Positions 1 to 15,072 of a DNA stretch of 64,000 bases are shown here, piece by piece (position 1 is the stretch's first letter; each line of letters starts with the position of its first letter). A program made the translations under genes and the position numbers. This DNA comes from Trichoplax sp. H2 (lineage: Eukaryota). The notes beneath the pieces were generated by a model. The model was not told the DNA's origin, did no database searches, and saw only the letters and a list, made by a program, of their open reading frames with translations. The stretch covers positions 248,001 to 312,000 of the forward strand of contig NOWV01000011.1 in NCBI GenBank assembly GCA_003344405.1, read 5' to 3'.

Positions 1-23
1 TACCTAGACGATCTAGGTACAGA

Positions 24-3000
24 TTAATCTACTTTCACTACGGAGTAGATCTTTCTAACAAATGTGTAACACGATAAGAAGCCAACGGTACCTAAAATTG
101 TTTTAAAAATATAAAATGAAAGGTATCAAGATGATTTGCAAGAACCAAGAATGATTACGTTTCCTTACCAGTTAAGAGGAAGAACAGCAGCGTCATGAGT
201 ATGGTATAACCAAAAAAGAGGAAAGTACTTGCACCACCAGTAATAGATAAATTTGAAATAAAGAAGTGTATTGAATAAATGAATAGATAGATAGCTGTAC
301 TACCACTTGTTAGAAATGATCGCCACCACCAATGATAGTCCTATTGCAAAGTAGAAACGTCAATGTATAAGAGTCACACTCTTGCTAATTCGTGTACGAC
401 TGTCGTCAATTTATTAACTTATTTATCATGATACCACATGAATCAAATATATTGCAAATATTTTCCGTAATCATAGATTTTGTTAACCTCTGAACAAAGA
501 TGGAAGTAGCACAATAGAATTGTTGTCTCGGCGCATGTTACAATCAAAATAGAAAATACCAAGAAGAGAAAACCAAACATGTAATATATTTGATGTGACC
601 TATAATTAATGGTAGCAATATTATCATTCAGTAACCATGCTATACTGTTTATTGAAGCTACATATCAATAATTTCAACGTACTGCTTACCATAAGCTATT
701 CATAATGAAAAACATTTGAATAAAGATACATCCAAATGGTAAGATTCCTCCCATGAGAATGCACGGTAATGGTCTAGTGAAAAATGGCTATATACGCGTA
801 ACAAAAGCATCAATATAGTCAATCGCTTATGCTATTTGATAGGAACTACCATAGAGTAATAACTGAATAGCTTACTTGCTCAGGTATTTGTCTAGGTATT
901 TGATTTGTTCTGACAGGATTTTCGATAGTCTATAAAGTAAAAATGGATTTATTGATGTTACTCCCATAAAACCTTACTATAATCTATTTTTCTTAAAAGA
1001 AGATAAAATAGCAACACTGGCATATTACCTTTTTCCTAAAACCAAAGAATGCTCCTACAAAAGTCAGCGGTGTTGAAACACCAAACCTACGTCGGACAAA
1101 TACCAACACGATGAAATATTCCAATATTACATCAGATTAGAAATCCAGTAAGCAAGACTAGGGGTGAAAGTTTACTAACGAGTAACTATTGTAATGTGTC
1201 ACACTGACCATAAAGCAATTAAGGCTATTAAAGTGCCAAAGGGAACAGCTGCAGATGATCGCCTTGCCCACATCACTAGGTTCAATAGGAAGAAGATTGC
1301 AAAGCAAACACTAATGAAAAATTAAAAGCAAGTATTTAGTGTTAAATTGGAACAGGGTGAGTTCATATTTATTAACCAAATAAAAAAGTATTTCTTGGTA
1401 ATCTTAATTTCTGTTAAATACAGTTATGTAGAATATGCATACCCAGGTATGAAAAAGGCAGTCATGATTACGTTAGTTTTCCATTTTTCTCCACCAATTG
1501 CTGCAAATCATAATTATCAACGGTTTAATTAATATGGCTACTTTTACGCCAACTGTTTTAGCTTTGCCTAGGATAGATATTAAATTTACCTTTGTAGATC
1601 CTAGCTGAAATATATCCTGCACAACATCCCAAACAGACGTACAAAACCTACAATAACGAATAGTGTCATCAAAAAAATTACAAAAGCAGGCATAAATCTA
1701 TAAATAAATACCGTAGCGCAAGTCATGAGTCCACCACGGTTAGCAGGAGATAAAAATCCCAAGCATGCAAAAACTGTAAAGGAAAGAAAGTGCAATATTA
1801 TTGCAATGACAAGAACAAGTGAAGTCATATGATTGTCTTGGACTTACACAATGTTACCACGGTCATTATAAAAGTTTGTGATCCAGTGCCAACTAAAACC
1901 GACAGCAACATTCCTCTTTTAGGAGGTCTAAAGACATCGCCGTGAACTAATTTCCAACCAAATTCTTCTTGTGCATCTTCCTAAAATTTTTAAAAAATCA
2001 TTGTAGATTTCAAGTCAATGTCTGCAATATATTAGTCTCAAATGTCAGAATAGAAAGAAACTAACCAATGAATCCAACTGATTATAACGAGCAATATCTT
2101 TATGTAGCGTTCGTAACAACACCATAGCAACCATACCAGAAAGGAAGAGAACGATAACCACAGAGTTGATAATACTGGAGACGTTAGCAAAAATAGAAAA
2201 TACCGTAAATACCATTGTAATAACACTTTAATAGTTAATCTATTACAACGGGCAAAGTACTGTATCTCACCTGAACCACTGAATATTCGAATGGGGCATA
2301 GAATCTAGAATGTAATCCCATCGTGAGGCCCACATCTTGCTATTATCTCTCTATAAGATACCACGAGCAATAAAGATCACTTAATATGGACTACTGTCTG
2401 TCAGTTATCAATCACTAACTCTTAACCATTAGAAACTCTGAGACCCTCAGGGTTTCTATTTAGCGTCAGTGAAAAAACAAGATAATCTATCTTAATATTC
2501 CCTTACGTGAAATGACACGGAATATGTATAGACTAGGCTGATTCGATCCTTTGACTCTTCACGAAAGCTCCAGGGATTTTTATTATTACAATCAATTTTT
2601 CCTGGTTTATGGTCAATACTAGAATAAGAAATGAATTTCGCAACATGAATTACCATCAATAGTGAGATAAGGCATCGTTTGTTTACAAATAGTAACATAC
2701 ACATAGGTAATGTCTACATTACCTTCGTAGCTGAACTTTTGCAGACAGTAGACGAGCTCCATTTGGTTTAAGCTTCTTCCCGTCAGAACTTTCCTGTTGG
2801 TCGCCATCGTTATAAGTAATTCGTATATCGATATGATTAAAGATGAAATACTGGTTTTTGCCATAAAATTTTTCCTATAAGAGTAAATATTGTCTATAAG
2901 TATATTGCTTTGATATCATTTATTTAAAATACAGATTTTAAGCTTTCAATACTAGGAACTAACTGATAGAACGCAGGCTTTTTTCCTAGCACCGTCATGG

Positions 3001-6000
3001 TCAACATAGCACCCGATAGGAAATCCAATTGAACAGTATCTTTTATTACCTTCCACAGGATAGCACCAAGTAACGGGCATATTATCTATAATCCTGAAAT
3101 ATTAATCATGAAAATAAATCATAAAGAAAATCGTGCCATCTCGAACAGTCATTGCACGCCAATAATTGATTATGTGTAACAGTACATAACAGATAATTAT
3201 AATTCTTTTCATCTTGAACTAACCAGTGATTCTGATAATTTTTAGTGATTCCTTTTCTTAGCATATTTAACTTGGCTGCGTCTTGATTGTTCTTAGGATT
3301 ATACTCTTTGATACACACTTTAGAACATGTGATATTTTCTTTGAAATTGATCTGCATGTAATAATTTGATTATAAGTATAACTAACTTAACAGATCAGGT
3401 TAAGTAGAATAATAGAATTGGATTATGAAACTTACGTTGTAAGGCGAAGGCCGAATACGTTCACCAAATAATACCTGTCGTAAAGAATATAAGGTATTAT
3501 TGATGTACATTTATTTAGGTAAATGATAACAAAGTATGATGGAGTAGTATAATTAATAACGTAACTAACCGTATTATTATCGCACTATAGTAATATTAAA
3601 GATACTATACACCAATTTTGAAAGGAACAAAGAAAGACTGAACATGGATCAATGTACGCGTAGTACAATTTTATTTTAATTAAATTAATGATATCTAGCA
3701 AGTTCTTAATCTTAATCTGCTATATGAAGTAAATTATATGTTGATAAGCATGCATTTATGTTTCGTATTTATAGGAGTATGACTTTATGAGATGAGAGAA
3801 GTTCTATAACAAAAAAAAATCAAAACGCAGAATTGTACAGTACTGTTTAGTTACCGTATATATAAGTCGTATCAACAAGTAGGAAAGGTAGTTTGGTTTC
3901 AACTTGATAAAGAACGAAATACTAATATCTCAAATCTCACAGAAAAACTTGATATTATCTTTGTAATATTTAGGGTAATATTTTCATGTATCAATCTGTG
4001 TCTTTTTATGTTTTAGTTAAATAAAGCGATAATCAAAAACAAGGCAATCAACGAGCAGTTAGGTACAGAAAATAAAGGATACTAGCTGTAAACTTATAAT
4101 ACCATCTACTACTAAAATGAGCATTCATTTTGAACAAGTCATTCTATAAATCCTGGGAGACCTGAGTAACTCAAGGTAGGATACTCGCATTATGAAATTT
4201 GCAGATTTTTTTAATGGTAATCTACGTCTTCACCCCTCCAACGAGGAACATATGTTTACCTCTGCAAGGTATAACGAAAGTACTATAGAACTAACCAGCG
4301 ATCATACCAAATAGTTCCCAATATTTTTATAGTAAATAGATTGGTGAAATAATCTTGTGAAATTAATGGCTAATTTACCCTTAATGTAGTCGAATCGGTC
4401 TATAAACATGCACTAATAAAACTGGAATTCTTAAAAGTAGTTGTACGCTATTTATTGTATAGTCAGTTGGTGAAAATTTCAGTCTAATGTCAATAATGCT
4501 TGTTTCCTTAAACGATTTTCAATGATACATAATTCTACTTATCAATGATCAACAGATCATAAATAATATGTATACTGTAGTTATAATTACGTCATTTATG
4601 CAGTTGGAGTGTTTTTTGTATTTACTTCGTTAGTAACAACTGCAACTGGTAGGAATGATCGACGAGACGATTTTTAATCATCATTACTAAAATAGAAAGT
4701 TAGCACTATTCCTAAATTTAGACGAAATACAAAAAAGATACTGAAGATGTAATAATCGGACACTGTGAACTGGATACGATGGCTGCAATGTACATGCAAC
4801 AGTTTAATAAGTTAAAAAGAGTGCCTACTGTACGTCAGATTTAAAGTCTACGGAATGAACTTTCAATTGACAAGCAATAAAAGATGGCAGTTAACGGGCA
4901 TAATGATCCGTAAAAGTCAGTGTCGAGTTTCTCATGGCCACTTAAAATCTCTATGGTTGACATTCTAATTCGTTATTGAAGAGGGTTAGGTTATGGCTAC
5001 TTCTTATACAGAATAAAAACAATGGAAAATAGGCAAGATGATGATGTGGTGCTAATTCCAGAACGATATAGAAGTTATTGAGATGATTGTTGATAGTGAA
5101 TGCCATCAACTTATTTATTAATAAATGATATTCACCTACGGCAACTGAGTATTTATGATGATGAAAAATTATAAGGACAACATTAATATACGTAGTTACC
5201 TGTCCTAAATTTTCAACAGGAGAAGTTGTTATATTGCTACTACAGAAATCGAACCTAAAACAAGGGTATAATTAGTTCATTAATAAATTAATTATATACG
5301 TATATAAAGTTACAGTTAGTGCATATTGTCAGCAGAGAAGCCGCTTCAATATGACAATTACAACGATAAGTAACATTGATTTTGGTAAATTTTAAAATTG
5401 AATAGCTGTATCATTGCGTAAAGCATACGACAGTATGACTGATCTATAGACTAACAAGCGGTAATAAGACTACGATGCCTTTATTATGCACTATTAAGCT
5501 TACGATGAATATTCATAAGGTATTACAGATTCTGAACTATCCAATCGGTTCACCATAATGGGAATGTCAGACTTTAATATTGCCATTTCATCCAAGATGA
5601 GATAGGGGATGAATTCGTTGATTAAATTACAGATAGAAAGGATAATAAAATTAATTAATACGCAAGCATTTAGTGAAAAAAAGATCGAGACAAAGTAGCA
5701 GGTACTTAGTGTGTTTACAATGATTATGGTTGGTTAAATAGTGATAAAATAGCGCAACAATTTGGATAAGTTGTAGTGAAAATCGAGTGCTAAACGAGCT
5801 ATTGATTTGTCTTATGGCTATTTTGTACTGTCAATAACAAGTCATCTTTTCTGCCATTTGAGTTTACTTATGGCTATTGAGACACAGCTATGTATCAAAG
5901 ATGAATGCAGTAAACTCCAAAATCAACTATTGATTTAGCACGTTCAACTTGTTATTGCTATCATTCTAAGTTATGATTTTATAAATTATATAGTAATGGA

Positions 6001-6460
6001 TAGCGTATTTTCGTTCAAGGTGTCTAGAACGTATGCTAAAGTAAGAATAACAAATGGATTCATTTTCTTCCCGTGTACTAGGACAGCATCTGGTAGGTTA
6101 ATAAGATTACTTTAAGGCCATTTTACTACATATTTTAATGGAGTATAGTAAGAAATGGACTTCAATGCGTAGATAGACTGAAGTAAAATGGTTGGTATCG
6201 CTCGATAGATCCAATGATTCTTATCGTATGCTTTGGTTTCTACATTGGTTGTGTAGGAAAAGGAGCGCAAAATTGGCGTCTAACACTGGTATTCTGGTTA
6301 TTTTAAAATTGCGTAAGCTTACACGGCAGGATTCGACTTCCGTTCCAATTTTACAATAAGAGACTGGAGCAATTCCTGGTAGATAGAAAGCATGGAGACT
6401 GCTTGAAAGTTGCAATAGTACGATGATACTAAGAAGCGAAGACAATCGCCATGACATCAT
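24..6460 (-). CDS. TM9SF2: Transmembrane 9 superfamily member 2 (nonaspanin/EMP70), copy a; multi-exon, coordinates give the start-to-stop span
   Basis: Exon 1 (6460-6323) reads [36 protein letters not shown], a signal peptide followed by FYLPG. Exon 2 (5571-5504) [15 protein letters not shown]; exon 3 (5254-5200) FDFC...VENLGQ; an exon near 3436-3474 [13 protein letters not shown]. Later exons give [47 protein letters not shown] and [13 protein letters not shown]. The last exon ends [12 protein letters not shown] with TAA at 26-24. The introns checked are GT-AG and phase-consistent. Confidence 0.96.
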
Positions 6461-8310
6461 TTGCCGGCCACGCAGGCAGTTGTAACACATGTTCCACTAG
6501 ATAGAAAAGAAGAATATAACGGTCAGTATGGTTGAAAAAAGAGCCGTACCAATGGAGTGTTGTAAGCAATATGATGATGGATAAAATGAAATGAATTATT
6601 CCACTACAGTATCGCATCATCATTCCTTGCTTTAACGATACACTATGCAATAGGCAAAGAATCAAAGGATGCTATTAATATGATAAAATGAGGAGAAATT
6701 GAAGCATGTTGTGAACAAACAAGAACTGTTGAATTAGCGGCCATAGAAACTCCATGATTGATCCATGGTGTAACAATATCATCCAATATCTACTGATATT
6801 TCCTGTAATTCTAGCTCGAATTGTATTGTAATATATTCGATACTCGTAAAGGAATGACTTGAATGTTGTAATGTAGAAATAGAGCAATTACCCTCAGCAA
6901 TTTCTCCTTGCAAATCGCTTTTCTGAAAGACTGGATGGCAGTTTACTAATAATGCTCCAACTGTTGTCGACAAGATGGGCAGAAATAGTACTTACTATAC
7001 AGTGTAGAGTAGAGACCCTTAGGACAAGTCTTATACTGTACAGTATAAATCAGTGCCTGATTGCAGTGTATTTCTACTCTTGATTTAATCAACTGCGCAG
7101 TATCGCTAGTCAGTACCATTTGGGTACCATTTGGGTACCGATAAGGGGCGTGCAGTCATGGAGACGTGGCAGGAAGTACTGTAGAGTACACGCCACACTA
7201 GCAAAACAATGATGTCACCCGTGCTTAACTAGAAGCATCCAATAGCGACATTATTTTTGCAAGTAATGTTACACTGGCTATAACGTACTTTGTTGATAGC
7301 GTATAGGACTGCAAAAATAATGTCACCAATTTTGGCTTACCGTTGTACAATCAATGGCCTACAGGCTACAGTACAGAGTCCCTGCTATCAATGACATCAT
7401 TTTTGCTATCCAGTCATGGCCAACAATGGTGTTATGGAACTGCTCTAAGTCGATCATTTACTGTACTGCAGTAGTCTATGGTACAATATATATCACAATC
7501 ATGGTAGAAATGCTTTCTATGGAGACACCATACTTTGTTTTACAGTTTATTCTGATTATTGATTTCTTACTGAGTAGTGTGGACATTCGTCGAAATCGAC
7601 TCCTATTCAGTCAAGATATGGAAATGGGTTCACTGTCACATTGTCACCGTCATTGGATGATGGTGCCGGTCTGGGTGTTCGAAAATTTCCTTACCCTGCA
7701 TGGGCTCATCATTGATGACAATTAAAGTAGACAAAAAGAAGTTGTAGTCAGGCTGTTATTCATTGCTCTTTGTGCAGTGGAAGTGGTCAGAATAGTTGTC
7801 TCTAGGCTGCGCTTTTCACCTATGGTTACAGGAGTGGAGTTTTCTTTTCATAGTGACATTGGCTTTGCTTGCAATTAACCTAGTATAGGCTATTATGCCA
7901 ATGAGCTCAGAATTATTACTGAGTATTGCTATTACTCGGTACAGTGCTATACTGTACTATCACTCTCTATAGGGAATCATTTTGCCATACTTATTCACTA
8001 TCCAATGACCTGACGAAGCCGCTCACCAAGGATTGCTGAAAATGGCGTGGCAAAAGTAATGTCGCTACGACTAGCCCGGGCCCTCCACTTACTATACAAA
8101 GCCATATAAAATGTGTCCAGACTTTTCGGACGCCCTGTACTGTAGATCTATTCCATGATTTTCGATCTCCATCGTACCGACGTCCTAGACGTCCATGACC
8201 TAGACCAAAGGACTTAATAACGCTGTCGCACGACGTATCTCATACGAGACGGTGGAGAAGAACTACACCAGCTACTCGACTTGATCAAAACTACAACGAC
8301 CAGCTTGAAA

Positions 8311-11300
8311 ATGTTTTTTCATCATATCTACAGCCTACATGGCTTTCGTAAGTAACTCTTTCATTCTCTGCTTTTGCTCTCTATTTATCAATCTATCTCG
8401 GTGATCAATTAGAATGGAAGGTCTATTGATTCATAGAGAACAATTTTAGTCGATCGTGCATGAATTCGACACCACGGTATGCTGGCCAAAGTGATGTCAA
8501 TACAACAATTGCGATACTGTACAGTTTTCCTCTCCAGTGCGTTATATCGTCTACTCTTGTCAAGATGGCAATAATCTTGATGATAGTCCAATCATTCAAT
8601 TCTCTTATAGCAAATTTTAGCGTTATCGTTGTACAAAGATTTCACCGTCTAATATTGACTAATCAATAGGATATGGTATCGAGGATACCTATCGACCAAG
8701 ATTGGGTATCGGTCAAATCTTGATCAACTCACCCTAGTGATATCATCTTCATCATAGCAATCGATAGTCAATTAGTCAATTTACTAGTCCATACAGCGTA
8801 GAACTGAAGGTACAATCGATTAAAAGGACTTGTAGCCAATCTTGATGATGCCAACAGATCGTCAATGGATCAGTTTACAAGTTCATGCAGCGTAGAACTG
8901 ATGGTACAATTGATTAAAAGGGCTAGTACCGAATCTTGATGATGCCAATAGATAATCAATTGGTCAATTTACTAGTTTAGAACTGACAGTTCAATTGATT
9001 AAAAGGACTTGTAGCCAATCTTGATGATGCCAATACATAATCAATTGGTCAATTTACTAGTTTAGAACTGACAGTTCAATCGATTAAAAGGACTTGTAGC
9101 CAATCTTGATGATGCCAATACATAATCAATTGGTCAATTTACTAGCTCATACAGAGTAGAACGGACGGTTCAATCGATTGAAAAGACTTGACTGAGAAAG
9201 AGTTATAAGCAAAACCGTTGACTACTAAATATATCCATAGTAAATCAAGCCTTGTATAGATTGACTCCCTAATAAGAATAAGCAGAGGCATAATGGGCTA
9301 GAAGAGTAATTTCATCATCATTCAATAAGTAAATATAGATAGTCAATTTACATAGTTGCTGCTATAATTATAATGGATAGGTGACGTTCTCCTAGCATCC
9401 ATAGACTGCGATTATAAATCATTGAATATGACCACCTCAGCGAAGATGGATATAGAGACTATTCTAGAGTAATTTCAACATTTATTGAACGAGTACCTTA
9501 TAGCTATTTACTTGCGAACATGGTTGATGTAGGAGGCAGTGAATGTACTGCACTCGTAGTATCTACAATACATGTACTAAAGGCTATGCCTGAAGATGGG
9601 TATTTATAAAAATCTTATTATATTTAACGTAGCCACTGGTAGTAACCAGTATTTACATCGAGTCTACTATAGCAATTGACCATGAATAACCATGTTAATG
9701 TATTGGACAAGTAATGGACTGATAGCATCTACTAAAACTGTAACTAAAAAATCTTGGTATACCATCACCCGTAAGAAATAGTGACATAGATTTAATATCT
9801 AATACTTGCTAGGTGATGATATGCCCTAGTAGATGTGTATGGTTAACTGACTAATCAGATTGCATAATAATCTATCATTATGGAAGTAATTTACCTAAAG
9901 ATTGCTGCATGATTAAAAAATAGATATTTGCAAAATTGACTTCACCTAATCACTCTAGTAAGCAATAGATATCATATACCGTACAGCAATGCATCGTTAT
10001 TTTGTAAATACGAGTTACATTGATGTGTAGGTATGACATATATTGGGTCTGTATTCCAATTGTGGGTTTGATTCAAAAGAAATACTATCAAAATTCTGCC
10101 TAGTCTAGCCTGATTATCCTGTGAATTGTAGACAAAATGTATAGTAATTTTATGACAAATACAACAGTATGGTTACTAGCATTCAGTTTTACTACTATCG
10201 TTGCAATAATCATAACGATGAGAAAGTTGTTAAAATGAATAATGCATATTTCTCTCAAACTGTAGTAACTTCAATTGCAATCAATAGATTTTTATTTATA
10301 GAATGAATCACTACTAGTACTTTACAATTGTGCTATCGTCTTGATAAATAAATTTAGCAGTGTGAAAGTAGATTGAAACTAATAACCCATGCTACCATCT
10401 GATCGTAATAGCTTGACTTGTCATTGCTTCAAATATATATAGGCTATGCTCCTGTTACAAAAACATTACTTATTGTCACAACAACTACATCTCTGGCAGT
10501 AACAAATCTTTTCCCTCAATTGATACAAAATTTGAATTTAGATCTATCCGCAATTGTGTCCAAGTTAGAAGTAAGTTAAACCTATCCAACTTCAACTATA
10601 CTTTAATTGCATCATTCTAAACATGAAATGAAAATAAATGCTATAATTTATTTTTATTTTATACAGTTATGGAGACTCTTTACGTCTGCAACCATTTATA
10701 GCCGACCTATTGATATTATTTATGGTACTATCCTATTGTATAACTTTCGTTTATTTGAAAGACGTTACGGTACTGCTAAATTCTTGGTAAGTTACTCCTG
10801 TCTTGTCAAATTTAACAGCAAGCACCAAAATTATTACAATTGTATCACTATTACTTGTTTTATCAAATTTCAACATTGTCTTTGTTCAACTTGTAATGGC
10901 TACCGTATTCAGTTAGGCTTTCACAAAATTACTAAGTAGACTTAGGATGGTTACACAAAATTTTCATCTGTCATTAAGTTTTAACTTTAATAAATGAATA
11001 AAATACGATATTATAAATGTAAAAAATTCAGAGGTATACCGTTTGATAGTGGTTTTAACTAACATAGAATTTTTGAGTACAGTACAAACTTTAAGAAACG
11101 TAAAATCTTGCGTAATGTTACATAGATATAAGAATAATGCCGATGTAAACTTATTTTGTTTCTATATTTTCATTTTCCGTGATAGTCCTATTTAATTGCT
11201 GTCTTTGGCCTTTCCTCACTTTTCCAATTAATACTGCTGATGCTATTTAAACATCAACAAACAATTATGGATTTCCCAACTGGACCGTACTAATCAAACG

Positions 11301-12984
11301 CTATTTAATTAATCTGCTTTAAGAATTAACAAATTTGAACCAATAGCTTCCCTCTGTTGTGGTAACACTTTTAAGAAAGTTTAGTCATACCGCCCTAGCA
11401 CACTCTTACATTACGTACCAAGTTATCTACAGTACTGTGTACGCTTACCATTTTCATTCAGATTGAGATAGTTAGATAGTACTTTAATTGTAGGTTTGAT
11501 AACTACATAACTTAACCAACATCTCTTGTGACGATTCCATATACGAAACACACAAACTATAGCTTTTTTGTATACCTCAACTATTTGTTTAATGGCAACG
11601 ATAGAATATTTACTGTAGACAATAATAGTATTACTCATCGTGTCTTTATAAAAGTTAGTCAAAAAAGATTTTGAATAGATCGCTATAAACTATTTTGAGC
11701 TCTCGTACGTGTATAGATTGATTGAAATGACATGCAATTTTACTATTTCTTTGGCTTCCTATGTGGTTTTGTCATTTTTATTAAATATAGATACTGCTGG
11801 ATATATGGATTATTAGTTTGTTATTACCGAGAAATTCCAAAATTATCGTCATCGACTTTCAGTCTATCGGACAAGAGTTTACTATACTTGTTAAGTTTAC
11901 AGGTAAACCTATAGACTATATTGCAATCATGCCATGAATTCTCCAGGAACGGTGAATGTATTTAATCAATATTTCTAATATTTATTAATCTTTTCTCATA
12001 TTAAGTTTCTTAGTCAATCTCGTGGATCTATTTTTGTTGGCTTAAGTGGCATGGTAAATGAATCAACTACTAATAAATATACGTATTCTGAATGTTGCAA
12101 TTATACGATCATACTGTATATTGATTTACGTCTAATTATGGCGTCTATCTTCATCATATAATAGCTGGCAGGAATAATTGCCCGATTTAAGCTAAATTGG
12201 TTTCATCAGATACTGCGCTTTCCGGATTCTGTCTACCGATTTTGTCATACGTATCTTGGTAGGATTTTATACTCTTCTGCACCATTGGCTGATAGTCCTG
12301 AAAATCCGATGGGTGCTACAGTAGAAATTCAACGTAGTCAATATTTAGACGAAGTGGAAGCCCAGATAACTCGTGCACAGATAAGACAGTTTGGAATGCT
12401 AGATGATAATCAGCAACAAGTAAATTTAGCCAGAGACTAAATTTATTAGTTTAACCTGACTTTTGGTGCCACAATGACATCTCGAAGGAAATAAAAAAAT
12501 TTTTTATTTCATTAATTTTCTAGCGTAATCGCGTCGGCCAAGGTTACCAAGAAGTTTTATTACCACCTGAGGAAGGGCCATTTCGCCGTCGGTTTCGAAC
12601 AAATAGAGATGATAATCCAATAAGACCATCTGAGCCACAATTCCATGAACAACCTTCAATTCATGAAGCTGAAAATATTCCAAGACCTGACGATATTTCT
12701 GAAGATAATGTAAGTCTAGATTATTTAATGATGGCATGAAGGAACAGTTCTTTGTGATTTTGGTACATAGAAATTATCACAATAACACGAAAGATCCTTA
12801 ATTTATTGCGTATCTCCCGCTACTTTACATGGCTTTAATCACTAATAAGTTATAACGGATTTTTTTTCTAAACTAGGTTAAAACACTAGTAGAAATGGGA
12901 TTTTCACGTTATGCAGTAATGCAAGCTTTGCAAGTTACTAATAATGATGTCGGCTTAGCAACAAATATTTTATTAGCAGAATAA
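8311..12984 (+). CDS. UBAC2: UBA domain-containing protein 2 (rhomboid-like pseudoprotease with C-terminal UBA); multi-exon
   Basis: Exon 8311-8347 MFFHHIYSLHGF; 10443-10570 YAPVTKTLL...; 10667-10786 LWRLFTS...LLYNFRLFERRYGTAKF; later exons give SLSDKSLLYLLSLQ and PMGATVEIQRSQYLD. The final UBA exon reads VKTLVEMGFSRYAVMQALQVTNNDVGLATNILLAE*. These match UBAC2 motifs recalled from vertebrates (NFRIFERRYGSRKF, MGATLDIQRQ, LMEMGFSR). Confidence 0.93.
8755..9190. repeat. Minisatellite of about 4.5 units of 94/85 bp in UBAC2 intron 1
   Basis: The marker AGAAC(T/G)GA recurs at 8800, 8894, 8979, 9064 and 9158 (periods 94, 85, 85, 94). Shared core: ttgtagccaatcttgatgatgccaat...gtcaatttactag. Confidence 0.9.
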
Positions 12985-15072
12985 GCAATAATAGTCACGA
13001 TACAGTATACTCATAAATTTTTTATTTTCTATAAATGAATATCTGTTGTTCGTTTAATGATATCTGCCAAATATAAGAACTAGTATAAAGTTATATGTCT
13101 TGATGATGCATCCAATGTTTAACATCAGTCATTCTATGAATGGATACATATTTATACATTATTTGCTTGGATCATTCTTCCTGTAAATCATACATTTCGT
13201 AAGTGAAAGCTGCAGCATACTACAGTCCTTATAAATTAGACAAAGTTAATCAATTTTAATTCTATAGTCAATGTAAATGATTGTGTGTCGATTATGATTA
13301 GCGATTTAACACATCTATTAGTTATGCAGTATATGTAATAATGCTAATACCGGTAGTCCCAAATCCCTAATGAATTATGATTATTCGGTGTACCTTTTTA
13401 TCATAGTATACAGTAAGCCTAAGTAGAGCGAAGATTTTAGGGATAGCCTAGAGTAACTAAAAATGTTTGCTATAAGCATCATATGCCGGTAATGCTCACA
13501 CGTTCTGCTGCCTCAACCGATTAAATAAAGATGGTAGAAGAAGTATGAACTAATAATACTTACTATATTATTAAAATCACTTGGTATAATATTACGAATT
13601 TACGACGATGATAAACGAGTCTTCAAATTGAAAATGTAGTGAAGCAATCTATGCTTAATATTATTAATTAGTAGCTTAGAATAAGAACTTATTGTCCAAT
13701 GAAACGCTGAATATAAACAAAATTAAGCGATCACAATAACGTTGCTATACCCAACTTGAATATTATTGATGCAACTCTTAATGAAGTAATTTCATGATTA
13801 CCGCAATTTCTGTATCAGCTAACGTAGAATTATGCATAGAAGTACTGTATTATTAGCTATCCTGGAATTAAACTGACCCGGTCTATTACGCATACTAAGG
13901 ACAGTGGTATAGTATCGTTTGCATTACAATCTGATTTGTAAGGGATGCCAAACCGTTCATTCTAAAAGTCAGCGTTAAATATTTAAAATAATAGCATCTG
14001 AGTTGACTATTGAAACCACAAACTCTACCGCATTACGACTATGATAAATAACTATCTACAAAAAATTAGGTATAACTTGGACACTTAAGGTGACTGAGAT
14101 ACATCTACTAGTAAAAATTTAGTATATATATATTGTGTAATTTACTATAATTCTAACAAATTGAGATAACCGATCCTAAAATTATTTAAATTTTGCTATA
14201 CATTAACAGGAGACACAATAATCCTCAATACTTACTCATACACTGTACAGTATGTATGTAGGTACTGTTTTACTAAGTCTCGCATTTAACCATTGAAGAA
14301 ACTGGGTATACAGCTAGCTTCTAAACTTTTAACATCGTACCTAATGTATGTATATTTCCTCTAATACACACAGTCAATTACCAACTTCAGTTACATTACT
14401 ACTTGAGGTAATTTAATAAGCTAAAATCATATTATTAACAATATCTAATGAATATCAAGCGTTCTACAAGTAATATTGATCTCATTTATCAATGTAAAGC
14501 CATCAATGTAAAGCCATTGGGTGACTTCAATTACAAAAGTAATAAATTTTATTATTACAATGTTGCTATGCATATAACTATTCAAATTAAAGAATACATT
14601 ACAGCTATGATCGATACTTATATGTTGTTAATAAGAGATTTAAGAAATAGTTAAGTACATCTGTATATGCTTATACAATGCTAGACAATATTCGACGGAG
14701 ATAACAGAATACCATGTTTAATTAGAGTTGCTGAAATACCATCATTGTTAAATTCCAACATTACCGTATGTTTGCGATAAACTCGTACATTCAATTTACT
14801 AATATTTACTAAACGGTTGAAATTTTATTAAGAAATATACTATATATAATTCACTATCTTGATATTGTACACAGAATTCATTTAATAGTTGCAGCTTAAA
14901 AAGTACAGTACATTGGCATTTAACAAATAAATTAGAATTAGTATTACAATATTTTCGACAAGTGAAAACTATATAGCATATTTATAAAATGTGATATCGT
15001 ACTGAAAACTCTTAAAGCTTGTATATAACTACAAATGTTAACATTTTTGAGTGTGATTCCCATTGGCTTACA

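Noticed and set aside
4070-4090. Minus-strand GTATCCTT, matching a U12-type 5' splice site
   Set aside because: It is deep inside an intron whose flanking exons already join in frame through ordinary GT-AG sites, with no adjacent exon.
5036-5150. Possible box C/D snoRNA: ATGATGA ... CTGA with ttcacctacgg complementary to the 18S rRNA 3' region (CCGUAGGUGAA)
   Set aside because: It lies antisense to the host TM9SF2 intron, has no convincing terminal stem, has a mismatch next to box D and lacks the U13-type bipartite pairing. An 11-nt match to rRNA is expected by chance in 64 kb.
7354-7725. 123-aa ORF between TM9SF2-a and UBAC2
   Set aside because: No recognisable homology or motif; it lies in the divergent promoter region and its length is compatible with chance.
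8755-9190. Regularly spaced repeats considered as a CRISPR array
   Set aside because: Whole units are repeated with no unique spacers, the context is a eukaryotic intron, and there are no cas genes.
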